NCBI RefSeq assembly: GCF_006345805.1
Contig: NC_043002.1
Location: forward strand, 112,902,001 to 112,966,000
Reading direction: 5' to 3'
DNA from: Octopus sinensis
Taxonomy: Eukaryota
DNA: 64,000 nucleotides
Below, piece by piece: positions 27,386 through 41,202 of the stretch. Positions within the stretch are counted from its first letter, which is position 1, and each line of letters opens with the position of its first letter. The notes below the pieces were generated by a model. The model ran no database searches and was not told the origin of the DNA. It was given only the letters and a program-made list of their open reading frames with translations. Both the position numbers and the translations under genes were made by a program.

Positions 27386-27808
27386 ACTATCACACTTCAG
27401 AACTAAATATATTTCTGCACCCATAAAAACATTTTTTCAGATCTGCTACTACCTACCTTACGAGCTTTCACAAAGGAAAAGTGAGAGAGAGAGAGAAAAA
27501 AAAAAAGGAAAATGTCCTACCTATTTGAAAACTATAGAAATATTTACAAAACATTTCATTTAATTTTTTCTTCAATTTAATTGCTTTTCTTCTTGATTAA
27601 TATCCACCTTTCTTTTACTCTTAATTGACAAAGTCGAAAAGGCAAGAACCGGTAGTAACCGTTACGAAATGTATTTCATGATAAAAATATTTTAGTATCT
27701 ACCTTGTCTTATGTTCTTTATACATATCAACTCGTGTGTCACTTTTCAACATTCTACACACACACACACACACACACTCACACACACACACACACATACA
27801 CACACACG

Positions 27809-27876
<68 letters not shown>

Positions 27877-27981
27877 CTTCTATATATTCTTTATTGATAT
27901 TTAGCAGAAACAACGGGGGGACTCAAGGGTGGAGAGTTTCGCGCGCTATTGCATGCATATATGCATAGATGAGTATATGCA

Positions 27982-28394
27982 TACTCTCTTTACTCTTTTA
28001 CTTGTTTCGGTCATTTGATTGCGGCCATGCTGGAGCACCGCCTTTAGTCGAGCAAATCGACCCCGGGACTTATTCTTTGTAAGCCCAGTACTTATTCTAT
28101 CGGTCTCTTTTACCGAACCGCTAAGTGACGGGGACGTAAACACACCAGCATCGGTTGTCAAGCAATGCTAGGGGGACAAACACAGACACACAAACATATA
28201 CACACACACTTATATATATATACATATATACGACAGGCTTCTTTCAGTTTCCGTCTACCAAATCCACTCACAAGGCATTGGTCGGCCCGGGGCTATAGCA
28301 GAAGACACTTGCCCAAGGTGCCACGCAGTGGGACTGAACCCGGAACCATGTGGTTGGTTAGCAAGCTACTTACCACACAGCCACTCCTGCGCCT
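27982..28394 (-). mobile_element. SINE family A
   Basis: Full-length reverse-complement match. Confidence 0.92.
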
Positions 28395-28909
28395 ATGCAT
28401 GCATTCATTTCAAATATTTACATACTTAGATGCATAACACAAGCATTCGTATGTGTGTGTATATATATATACACACACACACACAATATACGTGTTTTGT
28501 GTGTGTAAGTGTGTCCATACATACATAAGTATATGCATGCATTCATACATATATTTACACACATACACGCGTAACACATAGATCTCTATATGCATGTAGC
28601 AATACACAAACAATACATACATGCAGATATACATGCATACTTGCTTAGATACGAACACATCTTACCGCATATGTACTCAACAACAGTAAGAAGAAAATAT
28701 TAGTTGTCTATGATACAGTCTGTGAATCAAAGGGAATGAAATGAGAGAACGGTAAATCAATGACAGATGGAACAATCACATGATATAAATATATACGTGC
28801 AACCTTGTATGCATGCATACAATATTGTGTGCGTGCGCATATGTCTATGTGTGTGCGTGTGCATGCGTGTATCTATGTGTGTGTATGTTTGTATATGTTT
28901 GAGTATTAC

Positions 28910-28948
<39 letters not shown>

Positions 28949-29584
28949 ACAATATTCGGTACTGTCGGTGAATCCGTTTGTTATACAGTTAAGCAAAAGC
29001 TTTCTCTGTCTCTCTCTCTTTCTCTCTCTTTCTCTATCTATTTTTCTTTCTCTTTCGCCCCTTCTTTGTATATCTGTATCTTTATCGGTGTATGCGTGTG
29101 TCTGTGAGTCTGTGTGTCTACGAGTTCTCATGTTTCAAAGAAACCTCATTTGAATTGATAAAGCTTTCATTTATTTCTATACTTGACAAAAACAAAACAA
29201 TAAGCTGTTTGTTCATCACGTGGTTTCCCCCACCACGACCAACTCCACCACCGTCATGAACTCCACTATTACCCCGCTTCACCGCTACTACCACTGCCAT
29301 AACTATCACCACTTCTATACCACCACAACTACTTTCACATTATCACTAACACTACCACCACCACCATCCCAATCATCACCATTCCTATCGTCACCATAAC
29401 AATAACCATCAATCGCCACTCCACTACAACCACCACTACGACTAACATCACATTTACCAGGAGAGATCTTTGTTCATAGTTTAACACAAAACGGATCGAA
29501 ACCTTGGACTCAATCAAGTTGAGTGCTGCTCACGATTAAGTTGGGTGCGCTGCGATAATGTCTTATTGATATGAGTAGCGTTTT

Positions 29585-29810
29585 AAGGCGGCGAGCTGGC
29601 AGAAACGTACATACGCCGGGCGAAATGTTTAGCAACATTTTGTCTGCCTTTACGTTCTGAGTTCAAATTCCGCCAAGGTCGGCTTTACCTTTCATCTATT
29701 CGGTTCGATAAAACAAATACCAGTTGAGCACTGGGGTCGATGTAATCGATTTAACCCCATCCCTGAGATTGCTGGCCTTGTCTCAGAATTTGGAACCAAT
29801 ATGAGTAGCG
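29585..29810 (+). mobile_element. Older family B-related SINE
   Basis: B head and CORE-like middle, different diverged tail. Confidence 0.75.
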
Positions 29811-29829
29811 TTTCTATTTTCTTGCTTTC

Positions 29830-30460
29830 CATTGGTGTTGGGATGCTTTCAAAGTCTCTATTCATAGAATCAGTGTGTGTTTGGCGTGTGGTGTCCAGGT
29901 TGAGATTGGGTTACGCATAGTTAGCAAATGTTGAGAAGGCATTTGCAGAAGATTGGGGATTGTTTGATGTGGCATAAAATAGATCATTGATGTATTAAAG
30001 AGAGTCGGGGATAAAACCGAACCCTGAGGTACACTGAGTTGATTGAGAGAAGGATAGAAAGAGCTCCGATAATATATACCACGATGGCGTGATCTTATGG
30101 GAAGCTACGGAGCCGAGAGATGAGACATGGATGGGGCCAACATGGTGGGGTCGAGATTTTTTACTGGAGATTTGCTTACTGGATATGGTTGCTGCCTCCA
30201 GATATTAATTTTGTGACATCTAGGGCAGCAACATTGTTTATGCAGATATTCTCTAAAGCGAAACCCCTCGTGGTAAGTGATATAAGAGTGTAGGTCTCCG
30301 GTGGAGCTGGTTTTGCAGAATCCGTATTAGTGGCTACTGGGGGAGAGAAAGATTCAAGGTGCTGAGGAACGTCATTGTTAAAGGTTGTCTCCTTAGATAT
30401 GTTACGGATAAGTGTAATGGGTCAGAGAATTTGTCTTTCTTTGGAATAGGACACAATGAA
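29830..30460 (-). mobile_element. LINE reverse-transcriptase relic
   Basis: LCPIPKKDKFSDP..ITLIRNISK and GVPQGSVLSPTLF..INDL motifs with frameshifts. Confidence 0.8.
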
Positions 30461-31391
30461 GAGTGCTTCTAAATGTCAGGTTATATTCCGGAGTAAAGTA
30501 AAGGACTTGAAGAGTTTAATGAATGAAGCAAGTTCTGAGACACAATGTTTGAGTGTAATAAAAAGAACTTTGAATCAACGGCCTTGTTGTTTTAAAGCAA
30601 TCAGAGGTATTTCTGCGCTTGGACTGTGTACATACGAGGCGAGGAGCCTGTCGCCACTTCCATCATTATCACGGTGACAACAATTCTGTCAATAAGAAGA
30701 GCTTCTATAAATAGAAAGTAGATCTGCAAAAGATTGAAATCTCTTAGAAATCAAATCCTACCGTCTTAAATACAGAAGGATACCCAGGACAGTGTATTGT
30801 GATGCAATTGCTACACAAACAGAGTGAAACATTTAATTACGCCTCTAATCTAGCAAGGCAAACCTTAGACTAAGCAACAGCAATCACCACAGTACCAAAG
30901 CAATCGAGCTATTATTTGATCTTTAGTTATGCTAGAAATAGCAGTCATATCTCTCCCAAATTACACCCTACCGTCTACAAAATGTGACAGGCATTCTTAT
31001 TTATATGCTCGATCAGGGTTGACGTATAGCTATATAATACCATGCCCGGGTAATAATTTTGTTTTCTTTTGCTTTATCTAAAGCATGTTGCTGTACTTTT
31101 CACAGTTAATGTTGTTGTTCTTATCGTTGTTCTTGTTGTTGTTGTTGTTGTTGTTAGTCTCAGGTAAGCCCTATACGATTAGACTTATTTTGATCATGGA
31201 CTCATCGACCATGGCTATTCCATCTTCAGCCAAACTTAGTATATCTAGTATTTCCCAAGCCGATGTGATCAACTTTTCTCTTTTTTGACAACAATATGGA
31301 AATATGGCAAGTTTCTGACATACCGAACGACATACAGAGAGGTTCATTTGGTGGCAGATTGCTTATTAGTTCTCTGGCTTTCACTTTATAT

Positions 31392-31810
31392 AGGAGCAGG
31401 AGTGGCTGTGTGGTAAGTAGCTTGCTTACCAACCACATGGTTCCGGGTTCAGTCCCACTGCGTGGCACCTTGGGTAAGTGTCTTCTACTATAGCCTCGGG
31501 CCGACCAAAGCCTTGTGAGTGGATTTGGTTGACGCAAACTGAAAGAAGCCCGTCGTATACATGTATATATATGTATATATATGTGTGTGTGCGTGTATGT
31601 TTGTGTCTGTGTTTGTCCCCCTAGTATTGCTTGACAACCGATGCTGGTGTGTTTATGTCCCCGTCACTTAGCGGTTCGGCAAAAAGAGACCGATAGAATA
31701 AGTACTGGGCTTACAAAGAATAAGTCCCGGGGTCGAGTTGCTCGATTAAAGGCAGTGTTCCAGCATGGTCGCAGTCAAGTTACTGAAACATGTAAAAGAA
31801 TAAAAGAATA
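31392..31810 (+). mobile_element. SINE family A
   Basis: Full-length match. Confidence 0.9.
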
Positions 31811-32033
31811 TATGTGAGTGTGTGTGTGTGTGTGTGTGTGCGTGCGCGTATGTATGGATGCAAATGACTGAAACAAGTAAAAGAGTAAAAGTGTAAAGAG
31901 TATATAAACACAATATCTGTCTTGTTACTCAATTAATTTCGAAGCAATCGAAAAACAAGTGGACAAGTGGAAGCCCATAATCATGAAATATCTATTGAGA
32001 CAGTTTCAGCAAAGTTGTTTGATCTGAAAGAAA

Positions 32034-32427
32034 TCTTTATATATAAAAGAGAAGTTGTGTGTCTGTCTCCTACGATTTAGATTCCTAACTACTCTCACAT
32101 TTTGCGGTGCAGTTTAACCAAAACTGGGTATCTTATAGTCGTGATTCATATCGAGCCTTTCTGGGTTTTAGCGCGCGTCTACGATGAGTCTACGATTTAA
32201 AAAAAAAATTACCATCAATTTTTCCCATTTTTAATGCATTTTTGGCATATATAAGGGAAGTAACTCTCTAAAAATTTATTATTAAATCTCAGAACGTAAA
32301 AAGCTACAGTAACACCCCCCACCTTGTGGTTAGCCATATTGAGATGGCTATTATACTTTACATCTCTAAAAATGCTTATATAGTTATTTCCCTTACAAAC
32401 CCGAGCAACGCCGGGCGATACAGCTAG
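32034..32427 (+). mobile_element. Non-autonomous Helitron (family D, subtype 1)
   Basis: A|TC ... hairpin CTAG|T. Confidence 0.92.
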
Positions 32428-32708
32428 TACCAACTAAATCTCTCTTTATCACACTCCCAAAGAACGTCACAATAAAAAATGTAGTCTTTGAGACACCTAA
32501 AAAAAACACTCAAATATAAATCCATCAATATTTCACCTATTATTTACATACGAATCAAGCTACAAGTTTACTCGTTTCGTATTGTCATCAGTATTGAGTA
32601 GCGTCCTTAGTCCTGAAACCTACTTCAACTTATTCAGCAGTGTTTAGGTACCTTGGATAGGTAAAGCTCGCAGCTATAAATAGTGAAATATAATCCTTCC
32701 TTTCAATA

Positions 32709-33141
32709 TACTCTTTTACTCTTTTACTTGTTTCAGTCATTTGACTGCGACCATGCTGGAGCACCGCCTTTAGTCGAGCAAATCGACCCCGGGGCTTATT
32801 CTTTGTAAGCCCAGTACTTATTCTATCGGTCTCTTTTTACCGAACCGCTAAGTGACGGGGACGTAAACACACCAGCATCGGTTGTCAAGCAATGCTAGGG
32901 GGACAAACACAGACACACAAACACACACACACACATACATATATACATATATACATATATACATATGTACATATATACGACGGGCTTCTTTCAGTTTCCG
33001 TCTACCAAATCCACTCACAAGGCATTGGTCGGCCCGGGGCTATAGCAGAAGACACTTGCCCAAGGTGCCACGCAGTGGGACTGAACCCGGAACCATGTGG
33101 TTGGTTAGCAAGCTACTTACCACACAGCCACTCCTGCGCCT
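32709..33141 (-). mobile_element. SINE family A
   Basis: Full-length reverse-complement match. Confidence 0.92.
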
Positions 33142-33732
33142 ATGGGTACAAAACCTAAAAGTATGGGGGAGGGGGATGTGACACTAGAATGGGACTGGTA
33201 CTTTATTTTAACAACCCCACAGAGGACAATATTTGTAAATATTTGTAGGGCATGTCAATGCAAATTGCGCTTGTAGTCAAAGCAAGATTAATCTCGTGCC
33301 GGGCTTGCAGCTTTGAACGAGGCTCCTATACAATTATATAAACCATTGTTTCATATCTGACAGAAAATATAAACGCTTAAATTGTGTTTTATGAGCGTAA
33401 GCATAGATATACAGTTCAGAAGTTAACTTGGTAATCCCTCTTCCGAGTGTACTTTGGGTGAGTATAATCTACCATAGTTTCGAGTAGATAGCAACTTTAT
33501 GAATTAAATCCAGGTGAAACTGTGAAGAAATCAGATGGTGTTTACCTGTTGTTAACACCACCACCACCACCACCTCACCGTAGGTGCCTTTATCAGAGGC
33601 CATTTTGTCATAACTATCCGGAACAGTCTAAGGATAACTCGATATGTTGATATTTTTATAAATATATTTAAAGTAATTAACATTAAAACTTCACAACAGA
33701 AACACTGACTCAAACTTGACGTTTAAATAAGA

Positions 33733-34129
33733 CTAGCAGTATCGCCCGGCGTTGCTCGGGTTTGTAAGGGAAATAACTATATAAGCATTTTTAGAGAGTT
33801 ATAGCCAAAAAAATAGCAAAAGCTGCATTAAAAATGGAAAAAAAATGATGGTAATTTTTTTTTTAAATCGTTGACTCATCGTAGACATTTTTAGAGTGTT
33901 ACTTCCCTTATATAATAGCGAAAAAATGCATTAAAATGGAAAAAATTATGGTAATTTTTTTTTTTAATCGTAGAATCATCGTAGACGCGCGCTAATACCC
34001 AGAAGGGCTCGATATGAATCACGACTATAAGATACCCGGTTTTGGTTAAACTGCACCGCAAAATGTGGGAGTAGTTAGGAATCTAAATCGTAGGAGACAG
34101 ACAAACAACTTCACTTTTATATATAAAGA
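33733..34129 (-). mobile_element. Non-autonomous Helitron (family D, subtype 2)
   Basis: Reverse-complement TC..CTAG termini and hairpin. Confidence 0.92.
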
Positions 34130-34656
34130 TTATATCTTCGACATTTGACATGAGCGAACTTGTTTAGAATACTGGAAATATCTATTGCTCACAGAAGTTC
34201 ATGTTCATTCGAGCAAAAATGTTTAATCTGCTTAAATTCCCAATGTAATGTTGGTTTTTGTTTTTATTATCCTTTTGATCTTTAAGAGTGACTAATCACT
34301 GCAGTAATTCGCAATCGCAAGAGACAAATATGTCGGTAAAGTAATTTCAACATTTGGAGAACAAAATTCTAAAAGATTGTCAGTTATCAGAAGGTAAAAC
34401 TAAAATTAAACTAGAGAGAATTTTTGTTTTTACTAATATCAACAGCTCAGCTGGGCACAGGAATTGCCAAATCCTTTCTCCTAATCTTCCTTACACATCT
34501 ACCTTTTTGCCATATTTTGTGAAGTAACTTTGAAAGGTAATAGAATTCAAATGCATATTTCGTCTTCAATATATAAAATAGTCTTCAATGACCGGAAAGG
34601 TGTCAGTTTCAAATTCTTTAGAAAAGTCCTGAGTTTTTAACAAGTGCATTACTTGT

Positions 34657-35225
34657 GAAGGCGCATGGCTTAGTGGTTATGGTATTCGACTGTATATCTA
34701 TAAGGTGGCGAGCTGGCAGAAACGTTAGCACGCCGGGCGAAATGCTTTGCGGTATTTCGTCTGCCGTTACGTTCTGAGTTCAAATTCCGCCGAGGTCGAC
34801 TTTGCCTTTCATCCTTTCGGGGTCGATAAATTAAGTACCAGTTACGCACTGGGGTCGATGTAATTGACTTAATCCGTGTGTCTGTCCTTGTTTGTCCCCT
34901 CTGTGTTTAGCCCCTTGTGGGTAGTAAAGAAATAGGTTATGGTATTCGACTCGTGATCATAGGATCGCCAGTTCGATTCTCGGCAGCGCGTTGTGTCCTT
35001 AAGCAAGACACTTTACCTCACGATGTTCCAGTTCACTCAGCTGTCAAAAATGAGTAGTACCTGTATTTCAAGGGGTCAGCCTTGTCACACTCCGTGTCAC
35101 GCTGAATCTCCCGGAGAAGTATGTAAAAGGGTGCGCGTGTCTGTGGAGTGCTCAACCGCTTGCACATCAACCTCACGGGCAAGCGGTTCCGTTGATCAAC
35201 TTGAACCCTCGTCTGCCAGTACTTG
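34657..35225 (+). mobile_element. SINE family E (tRNA head, CORE-like middle, 3' module shared with C), interrupted by a SINE B
   Basis: Head GGCGCATGGCTTAGTGGTTATGGTATTCGACT resumes at 34952. Confidence 0.8.
34703..34934 (+). mobile_element. SINE family B nested in SINE E
   Basis: 17-bp TSD GGTTATGGTATTCGACT at 34675-34691 and 34935-34951. Confidence 0.93.
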
Positions 35226-35299
35226 CACCAGAAACAAAATCATCATTTTTACCATTCTACTAGGGGAACTTCGCTCTTTCTTTATTTTTTTTAAACCGT

Positions 35300-35430
35300 A
35301 TAATGAAGAAGCTTGTTTTGCAACCACGTGATTTCAGGTTCGGGCCCACAACGCGGCACCACTTCTATAGACCCAATGCTTGGAGGGAAATTTCGTAGAC
35401 AGAAACTGTGTGGAAGCCTGTTGCGTGTGC

Positions 35431-35471
<41 letters not shown>

Positions 35472-35486
35472 CGTGCGTGTGTGTGT

Positions 35487-35527
<41 letters not shown>

Positions 35528-35725
35528 CGTGCGTGTGTGCGTGTGCGTGTGTGTGTTCATTTGTTTACGTCCCCGTAACTTAGCGGTTTAACAAAGAGTT
35601 GAATAGAGTAAGTACCAGACTTTAAAAAATAGAGTACTGGAATCGATTTGTTCGACTACAACCCTGCAAGGCAGTGCCTCATCTCAGACGCAGTCCAATG
35701 ACTGAAACAAGTAAAAGCCAAAAGA
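35300..35725 (+). mobile_element. Older family A-related SINE with (TG)n expansion
   Basis: Diverged similarity to A. Confidence 0.7.
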
Positions 35726-36055
35726 TTTATATTTGCTGATAACTTCTCCATTGACCTAAGCCTTTGAATTTCTTTTCGATGTCTGTTCTGGCACTGTTTT
35801 TCTATATCTCGCTAGCGAAGAAATGAGTCGCTGCTGTCGCTAGTGGCTGAGCGTCTGTCATTGACGACACCAAGTAAGGTCAAAATCCCGTGATTTAGTG
35901 ACCTCGGTGCTGCAGACGGCGAGGATTTATCTCCATGCTAGCGATATAAACAAGAGTGCATTTTGATTTTGCACCATAAGCCATGAGTTTCTCTCATGAT
36001 ATCTACCGCAGCATACTTTGTTCTTACAGAGAACTCACGTTTAAGTGGGGATAAA

Positions 36056-36443
36056 TGGATGAAAGCACTCCGTCGGTTACGATGACGAGGGTTCCGGTTG
36101 ATCCGATCAACGGAACAGCTTGCTCGTGAAATTAACGTGTAAGTGGCTGAGCACTCCACAGACACGTGTACCCTTAACGCAGTTCTCGGGGATATTCAGC
36201 GTGACACAGAGAGTGACAAGGCCGGCCCCTTGAAATACAGGTACAACAGAAACAGGAAGTAAGAGTGAGAGAAAGTTGTGGTGAAAGAGTACAGCAGCGA
36301 TCACCACCATCCCTGCCGGAGCCTCGTGGAGCTTTAGGTGTTTTCGCTCAATAAACACTCACAACGCCCGGTCTGGGAATCGAAACCGCGATCCTACGAC
36401 CGCGTGTCCGCTGCCCTAACCACTGGGCCATTGCGCCTCCACA
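36056..36443 (-). mobile_element. SINE family C
   Basis: TSD GGGGATAAA(T) at about 36047-36055 and 36444-36453. Confidence 0.93.
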
Positions 36444-36645
36444 GGGGATAAATATTACCTCTTGGTATTAATATTGCGTCTGTCGCTGTGATGAATTTGG
36501 TCTTGCTGTGATACTTCAACCGTGTAAAGTAGCAGAAACAGCCATAATAGCATGATTTATAAGTGATATTATAGTAAAACTGAGAAGTTATAGTTGAAGC
36601 GTCACAGTAAACGCTAGTTGTCTTGTTGCAGTTGTTACTTAGCTC

Positions 36646-37034
36646 GGTGGAGGCGCAATGGCCCAGTGGTTAGGGCAGCGGACTCGCGGTCGTAGGATCG
36701 CGGTTTCGATTCCCAGACCGGGCGTTGTGTGTGTTTATTGAGCGAAAACACCTCAAAGCTCCACGAGGCTCCGGCAGGGGATGGTGGTGATCCCTGCTGT
36801 ACTCTTTCACCACAACTTTCTCTCACTCTTACTTCCTGTTTCTGTTGTACCTGTATTTCAAGGGGCTGGCCTTGTCACTCTCTGTGTCACGCTGAATATC
36901 CCCGAGAACTACGTTAAGGGTACACGTGTCTGTGGAGTGCTCAGCCACTTACACGTTAATTTCACGAGCAGGCTGTTCCGTTGCTTCGGATCAACCGGAA
37001 CCCTCATCGTCGTAACCGACGGAGTGCTTCCATC
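36646..37034 (+). mobile_element. SINE family C
   Basis: TSD ACTTAGCTC at 36637-36645 and 37035-37043. Confidence 0.93.
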
Positions 37035-37448
37035 ACTTAGCTCTAGGGCGGCCTTCACTGAGAAGGCCTGTCATCAAAAATGCTCAAAACTGTAACCAAC
37101 TGTTTTTGTTTGCTTGTTTTTTTCTTTTGTTTTGGCTTATTTGCTTCGCAAATAGTGCGATCTCGGACTGTATTATCTAATGTGATCTTCCCATATTTTG
37201 TTTTAAGACGGTAGGATTAGATTTAAAGCAGGTTAATATTGTCAGATGTTCACAAAAATACGACTGGTAGTAATGACTGTGAAATGAGCAGAAATAATAT
37301 CTGACTTACAATGACAGCTAATGTATCATACATTTAAAGTATATGAAAACAAGAAGTGTGGAAATAAATTGCAAAGTATGTCTCGGTTTTCATTTTCTTT
37401 CACTATTCAATACTCCTCTCAATTTTCAGGTTTAAAAAAAAAACATGC

Positions 37449-37513
37449 CTCCTGGGCGGAGTATTGAACCCTGGTCTCCCGCAGATACTTACCACTATAC
37501 TACCGATGAAGGA
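37449..37513 (-). pseudogene. tRNA-Asp pseudogene with anticodon arm partly deleted
   Basis: Reverse complement TCC(ttca)TCGGTAGTATAGTGGTAAGTATC--TGCGGGAGACCAGGGTTCAATAC matches eukaryotic tRNA-Asp(GTC); T-run just downstream. Confidence 0.75.
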
Positions 37514-39289
37514 CTGAACGTTAATTTCAATTTATCTCTTTTAATTCAGTCAATTGTATCGTGTTCTCGTTTTAGTTTCATAGGATGAAATCGTTTGTGT
37601 TGTTTATGTTGTTTTCAGTTTGTTTGTTTTTTTGTTTATGCTTTGTTTTTCTTTTTACAAGAATTAGTCATTTAAAGAATGGTTATTCTCATCGACTAAG
37701 GATGCCATTTTGGTGGTTTCAGGAAATCAGTTGGACCAATTTGTGTAAATAATGCATTATTTCAATTAATGATATGCTATGGCAATAAAAAGTGTGTGTT
37801 GCTTTCTCGGTCTCTCTCGACGATGAGCATTCATTTTTTCAGCCAACAGGATTATCCCTTGATGCAATGAAAGAGGAAGACGGACAGACAGAGGGAGAAA
37901 GAAAGAAAGAAAGTGGTTCTACTAATACAGAACTTTCCAAATTTCCAATTTCCAAAATTATTTTCCAAATGTGCATTAACGCGAACTTAATGTTTTTTTC
38001 TTCATTCTCACTTTTTGTTTTCGCCCGTCGCAACTCCAGACAAACGTAAAATTTTTTTTAAAGAAAATGGTATCTATGTAGGCCATTTAATGCAAGCATA
38101 ATTCATTTATTTGATTAACGGTCAGTAAAACATTATTTTTGCAAATCATTCTGATTCAGTGAAAATCCACTAAATTCGGTGGCTACAAATAGCTTTAGGT
38201 TACACTGACATATTTCTCTGGCACACACACACCCAACACAACCGTTACCGCCAATTCAACACCACTGCCACAATTATCACCACAACTGCCACCACCTCAA
38301 TACTAACTCCAACACAAGTACTACCTTCACGTCATCACAACGCCTGTCATCTCTGCAACCATTGTCACCAACACAACTAACGAAGACAACACTAATACAG
38401 CCACCACCAGGGCCTGTTTTATTCAAATTGAGCCCCACCCTAAGAGAAGGCCCCGCGCACACGCTCGAGCGGAGGACCCTATGATGAATTAGACATTTTC
38501 CAATGTTTCTATTGTGGATTTACTTAACAATATCCGTAATATTCGCATCAGGTGAAAGACGTTTTTCAAAATTAAAACTTATTAAAACATACCTAAGGTC
38601 GACAATTTCATGAAAAACACTAAATAATTTGGTGATGTTATCTATAGAAAATGACATTACAAAAGGCATTGTCTTTGAAATGATTTTGAAAGACTTCTCA
38701 GATATAAAAGAAAAAAAGGCCAAAAATGTCTATTTTTCGAAGGCCTGCTCACAAACAGTATGTCAGTAATTATCTTGACTTGTAATAAAACATTAAAACT
38801 TTCATAAGAGCTTCCAATTTTTAGTATATCATTGTGGCTAATGGTAGAGCCTCAAACCCTCAATGCTTTTGGCTGGGATTGGTGTACTACAAGAGGCATA
38901 AAACATTAATCTTCATCTTTTGTAGGATAGAGTACACCAATGACAATTCTTTGAGCCACTGACACAACCGCCTCAAGGGTACTTTTACGCAGTCACAAAC
39001 CCTGCTAAAAGTTTCTCACAGATCACACCATACCGTCTTCAATAAAGGGATACTGCAATATAGTCCCTGATATACTGAGATGAAAGGGTTATAGCTGGAA
39101 CATCTTTGATCGAGTTCTCCTCGATCAGAGAATAAATAACAGAGAATAAATAACAATATCCACACTTTAATGTAAACAGATAGATATTTCACAATATCAT
39201 ATGTCGTGGGTCTTTAGCCCAAATTAAACTAGACACTTGCGTTTTCCAGTTAGGAAAATTTTGTCAGCAACCGGATGTGATGACGCCAT

Positions 39290-39605
39290 GAAGCGTAGTT
39301 TAGTGTTTAGGGTATTCGACTCACGATTGTAAAGCCATACGTTCGATTCTCGGCGGGCGTGTTGTGTCCTTGAGCAAGACACTTTATTTCTCGTTGCTCT
39401 AGTCCACTCAACTGGCAAAAATGAGTAGTACCTGTATTTCAAAGGGCCAGCATTATCACATCCCGTTTCACGCTGAATCTCTCTACGTTAAAGATACACG
39501 TGTCTGTGAAGTGCTCGGCCACATGCACGTTAATCACATGAACAGACTGTTCTGTTGATCGGATCAACTGGGATCATCATCGTCGTCGTAAATGACGGTG
39601 TGCTA
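39290..39605 (+). mobile_element. SINE family E
   Basis: tRNA head, GTGTCCTTGAGCAAGACAC middle, C-like 3' module. Confidence 0.8.
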
Positions 39606-40239
39606 GTTACTCGATTAAGGCCCACGGAGACTAAACAGCACTATCAACACTTTAATATGAAAGATCGATTATATTTTACAATATCATTTGTTGTGGGTCT
39701 TTATTCCAAATTGAACCAGGCACTTGTGTTTTCCTTTTAGGAAAATTTTGTCAACAACCGGATGTGATGACATCATGAAGAAATTAACCAATGTTGTTCC
39801 TTGGACAGAAAACTGGTGAGCTGACTGCTTTCTGGAAAAAAACAAAAGGCTATTCGAATGGAAAAAAAAAATAACTTGATGTCATCAAGAGACGACCCAA
39901 TCATGGTTGTTGAGGGTGATTAATCAAAAGCTAGACGGAGTCTCTCAAATGACGAACTAAAAGACATTCGAACGTTGTCATAAACACGTCAGCAACCTTT
40001 CAACAATTAAATGTTGCACTTGACCTAGCAAATACAACATTGCCTTTCTTCCCGTTACTTCGTCAGACCATTTTTAATGTATAAAGAATTGCAACCTCGA
40101 CTTCGTTTTCTTATCTCCGTATTCATAGAGCTTTTCATTGGTGGGGCTGCAGGATAAAGAACCGAGCAGCTTTACTTCCAACACAGAACTTGGGACGTAA
40201 TAAGTTTGAGACATGGTGTATCTTTTTTCTTTCTTTCTT

Positions 40240-40425
40240 TTTTACTTGTTTCAGTCATTTGACTGCGGCCTTCGAGGACCTTCGGGACTTATTCTTTGTA
40301 AGCCCAGTACTTATTCTATCGGTCTCTTTTTGCCGAACCGCTAAGTGACGGGGACATAAACACACCAGCATCGGTTGTCAAGCAATGCTAGGGGGACAAA
40401 CACAAACACACAAACATATACACAC

Positions 40426-40456
<31 letters not shown>

Positions 40457-40620
40457 AGACAGGCTTCTTACAGTTTCCGTCTACCAAATCCACTCACAGG
40501 GCATTGGTCGGCCCGGGGCTATAGCAGAAGACACTTGCCCAAGATGCCACGCAGTGGGACTGAACCCGGAACCATATGGTTGGTTAGCAAGCTTCTTACC
40601 ACACAGCCACTCCTGCGCCT
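40240..40620 (-). mobile_element. SINE family A with internal deletion near its 3' end
   Basis: Reverse-complement match. Confidence 0.9.
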
Positions 40621-40927
40621 ATTTTTCTCTCTTTAATATAAATAAATGATATATAACACTAAGAAATAGGATTATATCTTATTCGTTATACAAATTGTAT
40701 TTATTGCAGGCTGAGGTGCAATAGGTCAAGCCTACATTCCGGGTTAACGATTCATCGGGAGACCTTGAAAATGTAATATGAAAAATGCTGAGGTGGTTAC
40801 AGCTGACATACTTTTGGTCATAGGTGCGTGCATGTATAATCAAGCTGGGATTAGTCAAATATCTGTAAGATTAACCCTTTAGTATTCAGATTATTCTGCC
40901 AAATGTAATGAGCATATATTTACATTG

Positions 40928-41202
40928 GAAGGTGTTTGTAAGCCATTTAAGAAACACACAAAAGCCGTTCGATTCACTTCAACATTTAAGTTTAATTTGT
41001 CAAAATATTTTCGTCGCTATAAGACCGCGAACTGTTCACTGACAAAGCACGGATTTTTGACAAATTAAACTTAAATGTTGAAGTGAATCGAACGGCTTTT
41101 GTATGTTTCTTAAATGGCTTACAAACACCTTCCACGCTGCAATTGTTTTCGTTCCAGCACACGATCTCAGATCAAATCACTTGCTATGCAAGTACATCTC
41201 CC
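40928..41202. mobile_element. 275-bp insertion with 80-bp inverted duplication and hammerhead-like motif (probably Penelope-derived)
   Basis: 13-bp TSD TATATTTACATTG at 40915-40927 and 41203-41215; arms 40926-41005 and 41055-41134 with one mismatch. Confidence 0.8.
40996..41046 (-). ncRNA. Minimal type I hammerhead-like motif, G3-C8 core variant
   Basis: UUUGUCA-GUGAACA-G(U)UCGC..GCGAC-GAAA-AUAUUU-UGACAAA: 7-bp stem I, palindromic stem III AAUAUU, predicted triplet UUU. Confidence 0.55.

Noticed and set aside
40926-41134. 80-bp hairpin as a microRNA precursor
   Set aside because: A product of a TSD-flanked insertion; no conservation or expression evidence available.
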